Assembly: GCF_009834535.1 (NCBI RefSeq)
Contig: NC_045697.1
Location: forward strand, 87,546,001 to 87,610,000
DNA from: Camelus ferus
Lineage: Eukaryota
DNA: 64,000 nucleotides
Reading direction: 5' to 3'
A model generated the notes under the pieces. The model was given only the letters and a program-made list of their open reading frames with translations, was not told the origin of the DNA and made no database searches. Both the position numbers and the translations under genes were made by a program. Of the stretch, positions 1-11,660 are shown piece after piece (the first letter of the stretch is position 1; each line of letters opens with the position of its first letter).

Positions 1-19
1 GAGAATGTTAAATGTTGCG

Positions 20-115
20 GATCATCTGGTCCATCTTTACATTAATTAGATGAAGAAGATGAGGCTGAAGAGGTTAAGTTCAAGGTCACCCAGAGAGCTG
101 AGAACAGAGGCAAGA
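20..115 (-). mobile_element. MIR SINE fragment
   Basis: agatgaagaagatgaggctgaagaggttaagttcaaggtcacccag resembles the reverse complement of the MIR core. Confidence 0.5.
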
Positions 116-229
116 CCTCTTTGTGATGGGCCACATTCCGTTCCGTGCACATTTGATGTCCCTAGGAATTTTGAGCCCCCCTCCCTCACGCGGTCGTATC
201 AGCCCTTCTTTCATGATCTCTCATAATCT

Positions 230-490
230 AATCTTTGTCTCTCATTTCCACTCCTGCTGCAGTAACTGAGGTCTAATTTGCCTCAAACTTAGACGACTTT
301 AGTTTCCTAGTTGGTTGCTGCCTTGGACCTCTACCTCTTGAGTCAATATTGTATTCAACCTTTGCAAAAACTTCACAACTTTATCATGTCACTTTATTAA
401 GCAAACGCATTTGCTGGCTTATATTCAAGCCCGAATTTAACTCTCCATAATCTGACCCTCCCACTGCCCATGTGCCTTTCTCGCTTTATC
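230..490 (+). mobile_element. L2 LINE fragment
   Basis: Degenerate match to L2 3' region (ttcctagttgg...tatcatgtcact...gctggctt). Confidence 0.45.
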
Positions 491-714
491 ATCCATCCCA
501 ATCTGTGGCCCTCTGTTCACCAAGGTTTTTTAATTTGCCTTCCTTTCCTCCCCCCACAGGTCAGAGATTCATGGACTGCTTTCCTTTTTTGATGTTACTG
601 CTTCAGACAGGATGATTTCTGATGAAATATTCCCAATCCTATTCTCTAGGGCTTCCAGGAAATTGAAAATGATATGGATTGGATAGAATCATAATGAATA
701 TATTGTTCAAAACT

Positions 715-1195
715 TCAGTCACTCATTCAGAACATTCCGTTATGCTCAGGCAGTAACCAAGAAAGATATGGCCTGTGCTGTGGGGGAGCTTACTGAGTGC
801 AGAAGGCAGGCGTTACATAAAAATTACATAGCCATTAAATATATGATTATACAAAGAACTAATTCATCACAAATGTTTTGAGGGCTCAGAAACCTAAGTG
901 AGAGTGCGTGACTGGTGTGGAGCGGAGGTGCGGGCAGGACAGCCTGGGATTTAATACAGACCTAGAGGCAGAGGAGAATTTCCTGGAGAAGTGACATTTA
1001 CACCAGAACAAGAAAGACAAGAGAGCTTGAAGAAGCATAAGGAGTGGTAATGGGGAAAGAAGGGTCTACCCAGGCCGAGGAAACAGGGTGTGAAAACCTG
1101 GAGGAAGCCAGGATCTAGAAGTTTTGTAGCATCTGAGAGAAAAGGCTGGAATGCTGAGCCCTGAGGCTCTGGGGGAAATTATACTGTAGAGACAA
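715..1195 (-). mobile_element. L2 LINE 3' fragment
   Basis: ggcctgtgctgtgggggagcttac...ttcctggagaagtgacattt...caggccgaggaaacag resembles antisense L2 3' end. Confidence 0.55.
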
Positions 1196-2039
1196 AAAGT
1201 TTTGATAGCACCCCATCTCTTTGTGGGCTTTATAATAAGTCAAATGCTTTTATTTTTAGGGGGACCCTCTATGTGGCAAAACTCCTACTCAGAGAAGTAC
1301 ACAAGTAATTGTATATCAATAACAGTGTTTCTTTGTTTTAAAGATACAATGATTCAGGAGATTGGGGATTGCATTCAGCTTTCCTCAAAGCACTGGCCTC
1401 TGCAGTAAAGTTACATTTATTATGGTCTCTTATCCTAGGAATTTGACCTTATTTTTCCCATGGGAAGAAGTTTCTTTCAAAGTGTAAACTCAATTTCAAT
1501 AAATAGCTGGTTCGCTCTGGAACAGTGGACTAAGGGAATTTCTGATTGTTTAACTTACATTCATTAAAAATAAGAAAACATGGCCCCTTAGATAAGGTGA
1601 TGAGAGCAATCTTTTATTTCTATAAATTCAATTAAGTAATAGAAGAAAGAATAAGATGCAGGAAAGGTAGAGCTTTAAAACTTGATGATATAATTTAAAA
1701 TTCTTTTTCTTAAAAACTTTGACCTAAAAAAGCTACTCTGTGTGGAAGGGGAAAAGAATAGAGCTGGAATGTTGTACGTGACTCTGTTCTATTAATGTAA
1801 ACAGGAAGGATGGAGAACATTTTTATTTTCTCTTTCCCTTTGGCAAGCTCTCAGCGCAGCTTCCTACGGGTGGAAATGGGCAATAAATAGCAGGGTATCC
1901 AGTGACCTCTTTCTAGGCCTCCTGGTTACGAGTATTGGCAAGAACCTCACTCCCATTTTCTTTCTTCTTATTTTTAGAGTGTGGATTTTTTTCTTTCTCA
2001 GGGTTGAGGGTAAGGCAAGGGCCTGTCATTATCAGGGAG

Positions 2040-2160
2040 TGAGGTGAACCACAGAGACTGGTTTCCCAAGAATCTGCGCCCTGCTGCCAACCTGGTGGGT
2101 CAGAGTCATCATCTTTAGTACCGCGGGTGGTTTTCCTGTGAAAGTGAGACTTCCTTTAAA
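2040..2160. promoter_or_regulatory. Candidate promoter/enhancer motif cluster (RUNX, STAT, NFAT, IRF, ETS)
   Basis: aaccaca, ttcccaagaa, gtggttttcc, gaaagtga and acttcct within 120 bp of unique sequence; motif reading only. Confidence 0.35.
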
Positions 2161-2163
2161 TTA

Positions 2164-2190
2164 ACACACACACATGCGCGCACGCACACG

Positions 2191-2221
<31 letters not shown>

Positions 2222-2224
2222 ACG
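2164..2224. repeat. (CA)n microsatellite with CG/TG interruptions
   Basis: acacacacacatgcgcgcacgcacacgcacacaca... seen directly. Confidence 0.95.
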
Positions 2225-2829
2225 GAGTGGTATGCATCCCCCACATCCCTCCGTTAACTTGAAAAAAATACACGTCTTGTCCTTATTCTCTTTTGCGAAT
2301 AATTCCCTCTGAGTTGAACTGTAAGCAAATACTAAGCACTGTCTGAAGATGAGAAATCATTACATTTTTTTTTTCCTCCTGGTTTATGGTGATCCATCAA
2401 ACACTTTTCTGTGGCTTTGACTACGGGACAGGATTTCCCCTTCTATTAATGAGAAGGAAAATTAATCTGTGGTTTTAAAAAGGCTTTGGAATTTTGGAAA
2501 GAGAAATTTTTGCGATATTGGATGTTTTGGCCAGACTAAGCTGTTTAGTGGGCAGAAGGGGGAGAAACAACAAGAAGAATAAGAGTTTCCTAGTTGATGA
2601 CAATCTACCTTTAACATTTTTTTAGGTGTAATCAAGTTACACGTAAATACAGTGTTGTTATAAGGATACACCAAAAATACGACAGTGTTACAATTCTTTG
2701 TTCTTGTTGAGAGAAAAGAGAACTTTATCTTTGTGGGGCACTTCTCCGTTTAGAGGAGGTCCTCTGTCTTTAGGCAAACTGGGCAGAATCCACTCGTCCA
2801 CTTTTTTTTTTTTTCAAATTAAAATGCAT

Positions 2830-3074
2830 CGGTCCTTTTTCAGTGACTTTGGATCGTGTAACTAAGTGTGCTGCTGCAGAGCCTGGCTACTTGAGCTTGA
2901 TTATTCTGATCTGGCTGGAGGGCCACTGCTTCCTCAATTTTGTCTCCTGGCTACTGTTTCAGTCTTCTGAGGTACTGGAACATCATTTGAGAAGCCACAG
3001 TAGAGAGCTGTGAAATAATTAAATACTTGATATTTTGATGAGTCTGAGGGTGAGAAATCCTTTTTCCTGTTCAG
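2830..3074 (+). other. Candidate non-coding (5' UTR-like) exon; start uncertain
   Basis: Unique sequence downstream of the motif cluster, ending in donor-like CAG|GTATGA at 3074/3075. Confidence 0.3.
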
Positions 3075-3904
3075 GTATGAACACGATCATTTTACATGGG
3101 GGTGACAGGATATTCTACCTCTGCCTTCTGCTGGCTGGGAGATGTACTTTAATGGGTGTCTGGTATCATGTTTTATAATACCACCGTCATTTGAGTCTGT
3201 CATGTTTTAAAAATGCATGCTCTTTCTAAGGGAAAGTATAAAGTTGCATCACTGAATTCGTATGATAGTTTGGGGACAAGGCTCTCGAACTTCCTGTGAG
3301 TCGCAGTTGTATTTCTTCTGTGATTGCCTCACTCTTGAGAGTATGTAAGATGACTCTACGTACCTTCTCCCTGGCTACTTCTTTGTAGGCTGCTTGTTGA
3401 GACAAACAAGTGAAAGACAATTTTATAGAGTTTTTGCTTTCTTGTCTGTTGGTAGCATTAAGAGTTGTCTGAGATTGACAACAAAGTCTAAGACCAGCAA
3501 CCAGTTCTCCAAAGCCTCAGCCTTTTACAAACCCCTTTCAGGTTTACAAATAAGATTATCAGTGCTTTGGGGCAGTAGCTAGAGAAGAGGAGGAAGAATT
3601 TTAACTACCGTTAATTTCATTATCGGGAATAGATCTAAAGTCCAGAAGTTCAGGCTGGACATTACTTTAAAAGTCTCATTCTATTTCTTACTATACAGCT
3701 AAGGACATGGGAAAGTGAAGTGCCTCAGAAAAAGCCACAAGGTCCTTACGGATGCCTGATGGTAGGCTAGCTGTCGTTTTAGAACCCGCGTTGTAATACA
3801 GTGACCGCTGCCATGTGCAACCTTACAGAAGCGTGGCACTTGGCCAGGTATGTTATATGCATAATGGCTTTGAGAGAGGACAAGCTTGACTCCTTGTACT
3901 CATG

Positions 3905-4045
3905 TTAACCTCCTTAAGCCTAATTTTTTTAAATCTGTGAAACGACGATAATAGTAGTCTCTACCTCTGATGGAGATTAAGTCAGATAATCTACATAAAA
4001 ATGTGACCCATAGTAAGCACCCTGTAAATGTTAGTTATTATTATT
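3905..4045 (+). mobile_element. MIR SINE 3' half
   Basis: ttaacctcc...atctgtgaaacgacgataatagtagtctctacctc...catagtaagcaccctgtaaatgttagttattatt. Confidence 0.65.
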
Positions 4046-4134
4046 AGGCTCAATGTCATTAATCATTTAAAATATTTTTAAACCATTATGTTATAAATTC
4101 TAACTATCAAATCTAGTAACCTATTATAAGATTA

Positions 4135-4244
4135 TCCCATTCATCTAATGTGCTTATTAAATGTTTACTGTGTGCAGGACACTGTGTGGGTCTTTTGTAA
4201 AATAGAAATGTAAGTAAGAAATAATCCCTGCCCTTTAAGGATCT
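4135..4244 (-). mobile_element. L2 3' tail
   Basis: cattcatctaatgtgcttattaaatgtttactgtgtgcagg...tccctgccctttaagga. Confidence 0.55.
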
Positions 4245-4442
4245 ACGTGTATGTGTGTCTATATGTATATGTATTTTGTATATGTGTCCATGTGTATACA
4301 TGTGCATGTGTGTATATGTATGTGTACACGTGTGCATGTGTATCTATATGTATATGTATTGTGGGTACGTGTATATGCATGTACACATGTGTGTATATGC
4401 ATGTACACATGTGTGTATGTGTGTATATGTGTGTGCATGCAT
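4245..4442. repeat. Compound (TG/TA/CA)n alternating purine-pyrimidine repeat
   Basis: About 200 bp of tatgtgtgtacatgtgcatg-like units; generates the spurious six-frame ORFs here. Confidence 0.95.
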
Positions 4443-5499
4443 AAGGCAGAATGTAAGTAATGTGAAATGGGGATGAAAAATGGTAGGAGTAAAGCTTGGT
4501 GATGTGATATATTATCTTGCTCTGTGTCTGTCCTTCCTGGTACTGGCACATCATTTATTTCTCATTTATGAGTTTCTCTCCCATCAACTTCACTGTATTT
4601 TTACAACTTGCAGTGATTTCTTAAACTCTTGGTCTCCCCCTGACAGAGGCTAATCCCACTACGTTCAGGAAAACTGTTAAGACCATCAACCGCCCCTCCC
4701 TGACCTGAACATACTGTAGTGGTTCACGTGCACATGGGAGCAAGATTACCTAGTGGACGTTAACATTTATAATATTTCTGAGAATGTGACTGGGGAGAAG
4801 GGCAGATTTTTCTTACTGGAAACGTTATCAAATTTTTTCTTAAACGGTCTGTATATACCATGAAGTTACAAAGAGCAGAAATGTCCCTCCTTCTGTGGAA
4901 ACTTGAGTTATCATCCACCAGCATTTCCACCCATTCTAGGGCTGTGCTTTCGCATTGGGGTGGGGGAGTTTCCTGTCGCGTATACATAGATACTGTGTTC
5001 TCACCCTTTTATCTTGGGTACTGTCTGCTGCTCTGTTACCTATATTTTCTTTTTCTTGCTGCTAAAATACCCAGATCTCACCACTTCATCTTCTCTGTCC
5101 TCAGATGTGCTGTCTCTGATGATTCGGAAATTGGTGAAGCACACAGACATTAGGAATGCCTGCTACGAGAGTGCTGTCAGTGCGTGAAAGTGCCCCATGG
5201 GTTACTTGAAGGAACTAAACCACGTATGAAATACCCCATATTAAAGCGATGGAATCTTTTAAAAGGAGAAAACAAAACTCTTTGTACAGCCTGATTAAAG
5301 GTCTGTCACTTATGTTCATAAACAAGTTTGGAAGAGAAAAAACAAAACAAAACAAAACAACCCAGATCTCAAGTAGTCTCCACTCTTTTTATTTATCATG
5401 TCGTCTCACTAAGAAAGAAAGAAGCATCTTTATCTGCCTCTCAAGAGTAAGTTCAGGGAATGTGTACATACATTTTACAGCCATATATTTCCTTGCTGT

Positions 5500-6190
5500 C
5501 CACCCTCCACACTCGCAGCCCCTGTAATCCAGCATTTGACAGAAATCACTTCGGTTATGGTCATCTTTTGTCTGTCCCCAAAGGTTTTGCTTCTGATTTT
5601 GCCTTCCAAAGTAATAATCACTTCTGGCCTAACATTAGTGATGGCAGTTTCTTACTTATCCTAAAATGCTACTGACTTCTTTCTTTACGCTAACTGTGAG
5701 TATCCCTGGCAATTCTCGTGTTTTTTCCTACCCTAGGAAATGCATCCTCTGACATGGCTTCAAGTTACCTGCCACGTCTGGATGACTCACAAATCCGTAT
5801 ATGCAGCTCTTACTGTAACAGACACATACCCAAAGTGACACACTGTTATCAGCAGCCTCTCCACTTGGGTATCTGGAAACCTGTGGTTGCACCACATGAA
5901 ATCACCAATTTAGTAGATAAAAAAAATAGTCAAATAACTATTTTATATGATTCAACCTAGTAAGTTATGTCTCCAAACTGAAGTTAGTTGCTTTCTACAA
6001 ACCTCCATTTCCTCCAGCCAACCTCTCACTACTGTTGCGGTTCTGGATGTTTGGGTGCCAGGCTTGTTCCCTCGGGACATCTGTGGCAGCCTCTCTCTCC
6101 ATTTCGTCTCCATTTCCCCTGCAAGGGAGGAGGCTTGTCGCTGTTCTCCGATTTTTCCTTCTTCCTAATCACGTTGTCCCTGGAGTCCCT
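5500..6190 (+). mobile_element. L2 LINE ORF2 (RT) remnant
   Basis: catggcttcaagttacc...ctggatgactcacaaatc (LDDSQI, compare L2 RT YADDSQI) and ctccacttgggtatc. Confidence 0.55.
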
Positions 6191-6414
6191 AAGGAAGCTT
6201 GCATACCGCTTTTTATAATCAGATTTGTGCCCAGGAGCACTGATTCTTGGGTAATATAGGTTTGTTTATTGGCACTTCTCTTGGGGGGGGGGTCCTATGT
6301 ATCTCTTGTTTGAAATTAAAAACGTTTGTGATGAGATACAAGGTTCTTCCTTGCTCAGTTTTTCAACACATATCTCCTACTCTACCCTGGGTCTATTATT
6401 TTTAGCTTCATAAA

Positions 6415-6572
6415 CCACCACTTAATTTCAGTAAGCTTTGATTTTCTCATCAGCAAGTAAGGACTAATAATATTAACAGTCTCATAAGGCTGTGGTTGAA
6501 ATTAACTTAATACATACAAACCACTTAGAAAGTGCCTGGGACGTAGTAAGCTCTTATTGAATGTTAATTATG
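6415..6572 (+). mobile_element. MIR SINE 3' half
   Basis: ttttctcatc...ctcataaggctgtggttgaaattaa...cacttagaaagtgcctgggacgtagtaagctc. Confidence 0.7.
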
Positions 6573-9304
6573 CTGGGAAAAAATTGAGAAGATTCATTAT
6601 TGTGTGATGAGTTCAAATTTCTTTTGTTGTTTTCTATATTTTTGTAACAAAACAAAACAAAACAAAACCACACTCAAAATCTGCAGCTTTTTTAAGGAGT
6701 CATGTTTAATTTGGGGTCTGTTAAAAAGCTTTTGGTTAATTCTGACTTGTCTTGATTCAATTTCATCCTCCTTAATTATAGTGCTCTTTAATAACAGTTC
6801 AAAAAAAAAAAGCTAAAAAAATCATGTACTCTTTAGGAGGCATTTAATATCAAGTATTCTATTAAAGGGTTGCTATGAAGAAAATCTTTCAGTAAAGGTG
6901 ATTCTCAAACTTCAGTTTGCTGAAATGGCCCAAGAAATATAGTGAGGGATTTGTGCTGCGGTAACGTCTTTGAAGTCTGGTCGCCTGCCTTTAATTTTGC
7001 AGTAAGCGCCTAATCTCATTAGATTTCATACACTCAGTGTTTGCACTTGCACAAAAGCTGTCCAAACAAAGCCAAAATGTTGACACCACCGTCCTCTGAT
7101 GGCATTTAGAATGAATATATTAAACACACTTGCACTAGCATTGCATTAAGCTAAGAAATAAATTTTGAACTTTGAACTCAGCAGGATAAAAAAGCTTTAC
7201 TTGATAGCCCAGCAATTGTGTTGTGATGTGGTGTGGGGAACTCACTGTGTTGTTCAGAGAATCCAAACTTGCAAACATTCTCTATATACAGTAGGCACTG
7301 CACCAGTCAAGAATTAAAGTAAGGAACAGCCCTCAAATCCTGTTGTTAGGGACCTAAATGGAAGGTGAAGTGGGCTGGTGGATTTGCTTTGAAATTCACT
7401 GAATAAACTTTGATGAAATTCACTTCAGAGAAGGACTCAAAATGAAAGAACATCTTTTAGCTAGTGTGTGAGAGTCTGTCTTTATTCAATTCCCCTTGCT
7501 AATTGACAAATTTGGAGATTTTCTTTAAAAATCTAGCAATCATTTCTTTTTATTGAAGGTTGGGAAGCTGACAATTGTAAAGAGAGCTCAAAAAATAAGA
7601 GTTGTTTGTGCCTTCTCACAGAATGAAGATAGTAGCAAGGCTGGAATGGAGAATTAACTCAATCTAATGGCTAGAGGCATTTAATGGTTTCTAAATAGAT
7701 AGAACCTAAAAGAAAAAAAATTTCCCCATAAATATGTATAAATGTTTATAAACCTACATACCTGAAACAAAGCTATAAATTAGGAAGTATGTGCTAGGAA
7801 CCTTTGATCAAGGAAAAGAATTATCATAAAGTTCATTATTAAAGTTGGTGCACGTTACTGAGAATCTCAGTTGCTTAGACCAATTGCTTTCACTCTTGAG
7901 TTTGTTTTCTTTTGCTTGGGTATTTGATTTTGGCTTATATCAACGGATTTTTTTTAAAGAAACACCATTTGCAGTGTATCACACTAGCTGTTGTCAGAAT
8001 ATCGTTGACGACGTTACCTGTTCTGTCTTATATCATCTTTATCATGAACACTGTGAAAAAAATTCTCTTAGGTCTTCATGTCAAGAGTGGTAGTAATTTT
8101 TTTTAAAATAGCTGGCTTGTTTTTATTTTCTGATCATTGTAAATCTGTAACTAGTTGATTACCTTTTCATCTTTGCTTTGGCTTCCAGGAAGCTTAGAGC
8201 TGTAATTGCTACCTAGCGCCAGCCATTATAGAGGGCTACAGGAGATGCAGTCTGTGCGTGTTACTGACGCGTGGCTTTATTATTTGCCTATTCTTATTTT
8301 CCCTTTGTTCAAATTCCCTAAAAAATCACTATCTTTTTTATTGCATAATTTTAAAAAGCTGCCACCAATCCTTTGTAGAAAGGGATCTGTATACACACAT
8401 TCATACATTCACAGGTTCGTGCTTGTGGCATCAATGGTATATGGCTTCCAAAACCACAGCAAATTAGGAGCTGGAAGTTGGAAGGTGAGGGATGATTGCT
8501 AGGGAAAGAAGGACAGAAAAATGTCAACCGACATGACAGCTGATAAACTCCACTGAGGACACCAGCAAACTGTCACAAGAGACAGGGGTGGGAATTCAGA
8601 AAAGCACAGCTGCCCAAGACCAGGCAAGGCAGGGCTGAAGTGCCGCTCCTGTCTCTCGAATCCGAGGGTTGGTGGTTTGCTGCGGTTCTGCACCCATTGT
8701 TATAAAATGACCTCAATCATAAGATAAGCTTATATTATATTCCACATACTTTGTCTAACAAGGCAGTGTTCTGCTTACTACCCTTTTGAAAGATGTATCT
8801 TAAAAAAAGTGTGTCTCTTTCAAGGACTGAACTTCAGTTATTGAGAAAATTAACTCATTAACTCAGCCAAATCAGAGGTTGAATCAGAGTGTTCTAAAAT
8901 CACCACATGCAAAACATCTACCACATGACCAGCTATAAAATTATTACTTTATTTCTGAATACACCGTTGCAATAAGCATATTCAAGAGGCTGTTGGGCTC
9001 GGTTGCGTCACCTGATCCGACCTGCCGTTAAGGACAGCCTGGGCTCGATGAGCTTGAGCGTGTGCGGATGAGTCACCACCCACGAAGGGCACGTCTAGTA
9101 ACAAGGGCTGCGTGGAAATTTGATTCAGATGTAAGTTGGTTAATAGCAAAAGCTAATGTCTCTTTGACTCAACTACCTTTTCTTTTTATGAGATGCCAGA
9201 AGCTCCCTGGTCTGCAGGAGTAGGGTGGTTATTGCCATGAGAGACAAAGATATTTTCTTCTCACTTGTACGTGAACAAAGGCAATAGAGACATTACCTGA
9301 GCTA

Positions 9305-9510
9305 GTGTGGTACACTGTTCAAAAGGATGGATGCTGGAGCAGAATTCCTGGGTTTGAATCTTGGCTCTGCTCCTTACTTGCTGGGTGATCGTGGATAAGT
9401 TCCTTAACTTCTCTGTGTTATCAGCTTCAAAATGGGGCTAGTAGTATCCCATACTGCAAAGGGTTGTTGTGAGAGTTGCTATAAGTAAAGTGCTTAAGAC
9501 AGTACCTGAT
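9305..9510 (+). mobile_element. MIR SINE
   Basis: cctgggtttgaatcttggctctgctccttacttgctgggtgatcgtggataagttccttaacttctctgtg...aaaatgggg. Confidence 0.75.
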
Positions 9511-9807
9511 TTTATTCAATATATTAGATGTTATATAAAGGGCATATTAAATATAACTCAGTTAATTATTAAATCATACTAAATATTACCATGGAAGTCA
9601 GAAGAAGGGAGAAGTTTATTCCACTTCTAAAGTAGTATAAATTACCCCTTTCTCCTTACATGACATTAAAGTTGCTCTTCATGTTACATCTACAGTGTTT
9701 GTGAATTTCTTACTCTGTTCTATTTACATGCCATTGAAGCGCTTAAAAGGCAGTTGGCTGTGGAGACACTGATTTGAATCTTGGCATAAAAAGTTTTTCT
9801 GATCTAA

Positions 9808-10003
9808 TTAACAGACACATATTACTACAAAAAAATAGATGAACAACAAGGACCTACAGTAGAGCACAGGGAACTATATTCAATTTCTTATAATAACACA
9901 TAATGGAAAATATTTGAAAATAAAAAATATGTATGTGTGTAACTGAATCACTTTGCTGTACCCTGAAACTAACATTGTTAATCAACTACACTTCAATAAA
10001 GAA
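9808..10003 (+). mobile_element. L1 3' terminus (artiodactyl-type), 5'-truncated
   Basis: aaaatagatgaacaacaaggacctacagtagagcacagggaactatattcaa...actgaatcactttgctgta...atcaactacacttcaataaa. Confidence 0.85.
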
Positions 10004-10439
10004 TTTTTTAAAAAGCTTATTTTAAATATGGCTTTAATCTCATTTTAAAAGTAACAGAATCACGTTACCAAAATTTGTCTCCATTTAGTCCAATCATGTG
10101 AACAGAACCACCGTTATGGAATAAACTATATGGTGTGTTCCATTCAGTCTCTCTTTTGTCTATGGGCATTAATGGATGTGTGTATGTGTTAGTGACAGTG
10201 ATTCTTGAACTATTTTTTTCCTACCATACTTAATGGATCTTAACTTAAACATGCTCAAAATATTCCTTAAGCATTTCCTAACATGTTGACTGTATTCTAT
10301 TTCTTCACTGAAAAATAAGGAAAATGATTTGTAAATCTGAACATCTTAATGGATTACTTGCAACTCAGTATCAGCTTAACGGACAAGCTTGTATTTCGTC
10401 TTTTCACTTAATAGCATATGTAAGGATTTTCCAGGTAAT

Positions 10440-11330
10440 TATGAATTTTAGAATTGTTATTATGAAAATTTTTCAAGCGCACACACACACACACACACAC
10501 ACGAGGAAAATACAATGCACCTTGCATCCGTCTCACCAGATTAAACAATTCTCCTCATTTTCTCACACTTGCTTCATCTCCTTCTTTTCTCTCTCTCTGG
10601 TGGAAACATTTTAAAGCAAATCCCAGACATTGTGATATTTTGCCATTTCATCCATAAACATTTCAACATGGGTCTCTAAAATCAGTAATTTTTCATAGAA
10701 CCACAACATCTTTATCACAATGAACAAAACTAACATCTAATTCAGGTTATATTCACATTTCTTCTAAAGACTCAGACAGGTCATTCTTGGATTGGTTTGC
10801 TGGCTTCAGGATCCAGCAAAATCCACACATTACATTTGGTATCGGGTCTCTTAAATCTTTATAATCTAAAACTGTGCCATCCAACATGGTGGCTACTGGC
10901 CACAAGTGGCTTTTTAAATTTAAATTAATTAAAATTAAACGACAGTAAGAAATTCAGATTATAAGTCATGCTGGCCACATTTCAGGTGCTCAGTAGACAC
11001 ACATGTCTAGTGATTATCATATTGAGCACAGATGCAGAACATTTCTATCATTATTGCAAAGTGCTATTGTATACAGGCTCTAGAAGATTAACCTCTCCCT
11101 TGCTTATCCCGAGATCATTGAATTACTGAAGAAACAGGGTCAATTGTCAGCAATTCTGGATTGCTTACTTAAGGACAGTTTCACTTGTTCTTCTCAACCT
11201 GGTATTTCTTGTATGTTGGAAACTTTATCTAAAAATCTTGATTAGATTTAAGTTCAACTTTAGGGTGGGGCGAGGGGCAGAAGTACTTCATAGGTGGTTC
11301 TGTGTACTTCAATAATCATGATTTTTATGA
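10440..11330 (-). mobile_element. Old L1 (L1MC-like) 3' region, interrupted by MER3
   Basis: ttattatgaaaatttttcaag...ttttaaagcaaatcccagacat...atttcatccataaacatttcaacatg; includes (CA)n at about 10480-10502. Confidence 0.6.
10870..11077 (-). mobile_element. MER3-like hAT-Charlie MITE
   Basis: ctgtgccatccaacatggtggctactggccacaagtggct...aaattaattaaaatt...gccacatttcaggtgctcagtag; flanks atctaaaa / ctctagaa resemble the hAT target NTCTAGAN. Confidence 0.75.
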
Positions 11331-11389
11331 TCACTTTTTACTTCATTGAGTGTATATACAACAATATTATACTTGTTGTCTTTTATTAT

Positions 11390-11660
11390 TGTGTACTTAG
11401 TTTGTTTCCATTTTAACTTTATGTATAATATTGTTTTAGCTATTTCTGTGAGTAGAGATTTTGCTGTTTCTGTATCCTAAGGTACTTCTTTAAGATAAAT
11501 GACCGAAAAATAAAACTATGCATTAAAACTAATAGCAATTTGATGGCTCTTGATAGATGTTATTTAATCATCTTTTCAAAAGGTCTGTACTAACTGCTGC
11601 TGCCCCCAGTAGTATGTGGGTGCTATTTTTACCATATCTTCACCAGCATTGAGTATTATC
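11390..11660 (-). mobile_element. Old L1 (L1ME-like) fragment
   Basis: ttgtttccatttt...ccagtagtatgtgggtgctatttttaccatatcttcaccagcattg. Confidence 0.5.

Noticed and set aside
4113..4554. Overlapping ORFs rich in H/T/Y or C/V/M
   Set aside because: Translation of a TG/TA/CA microsatellite
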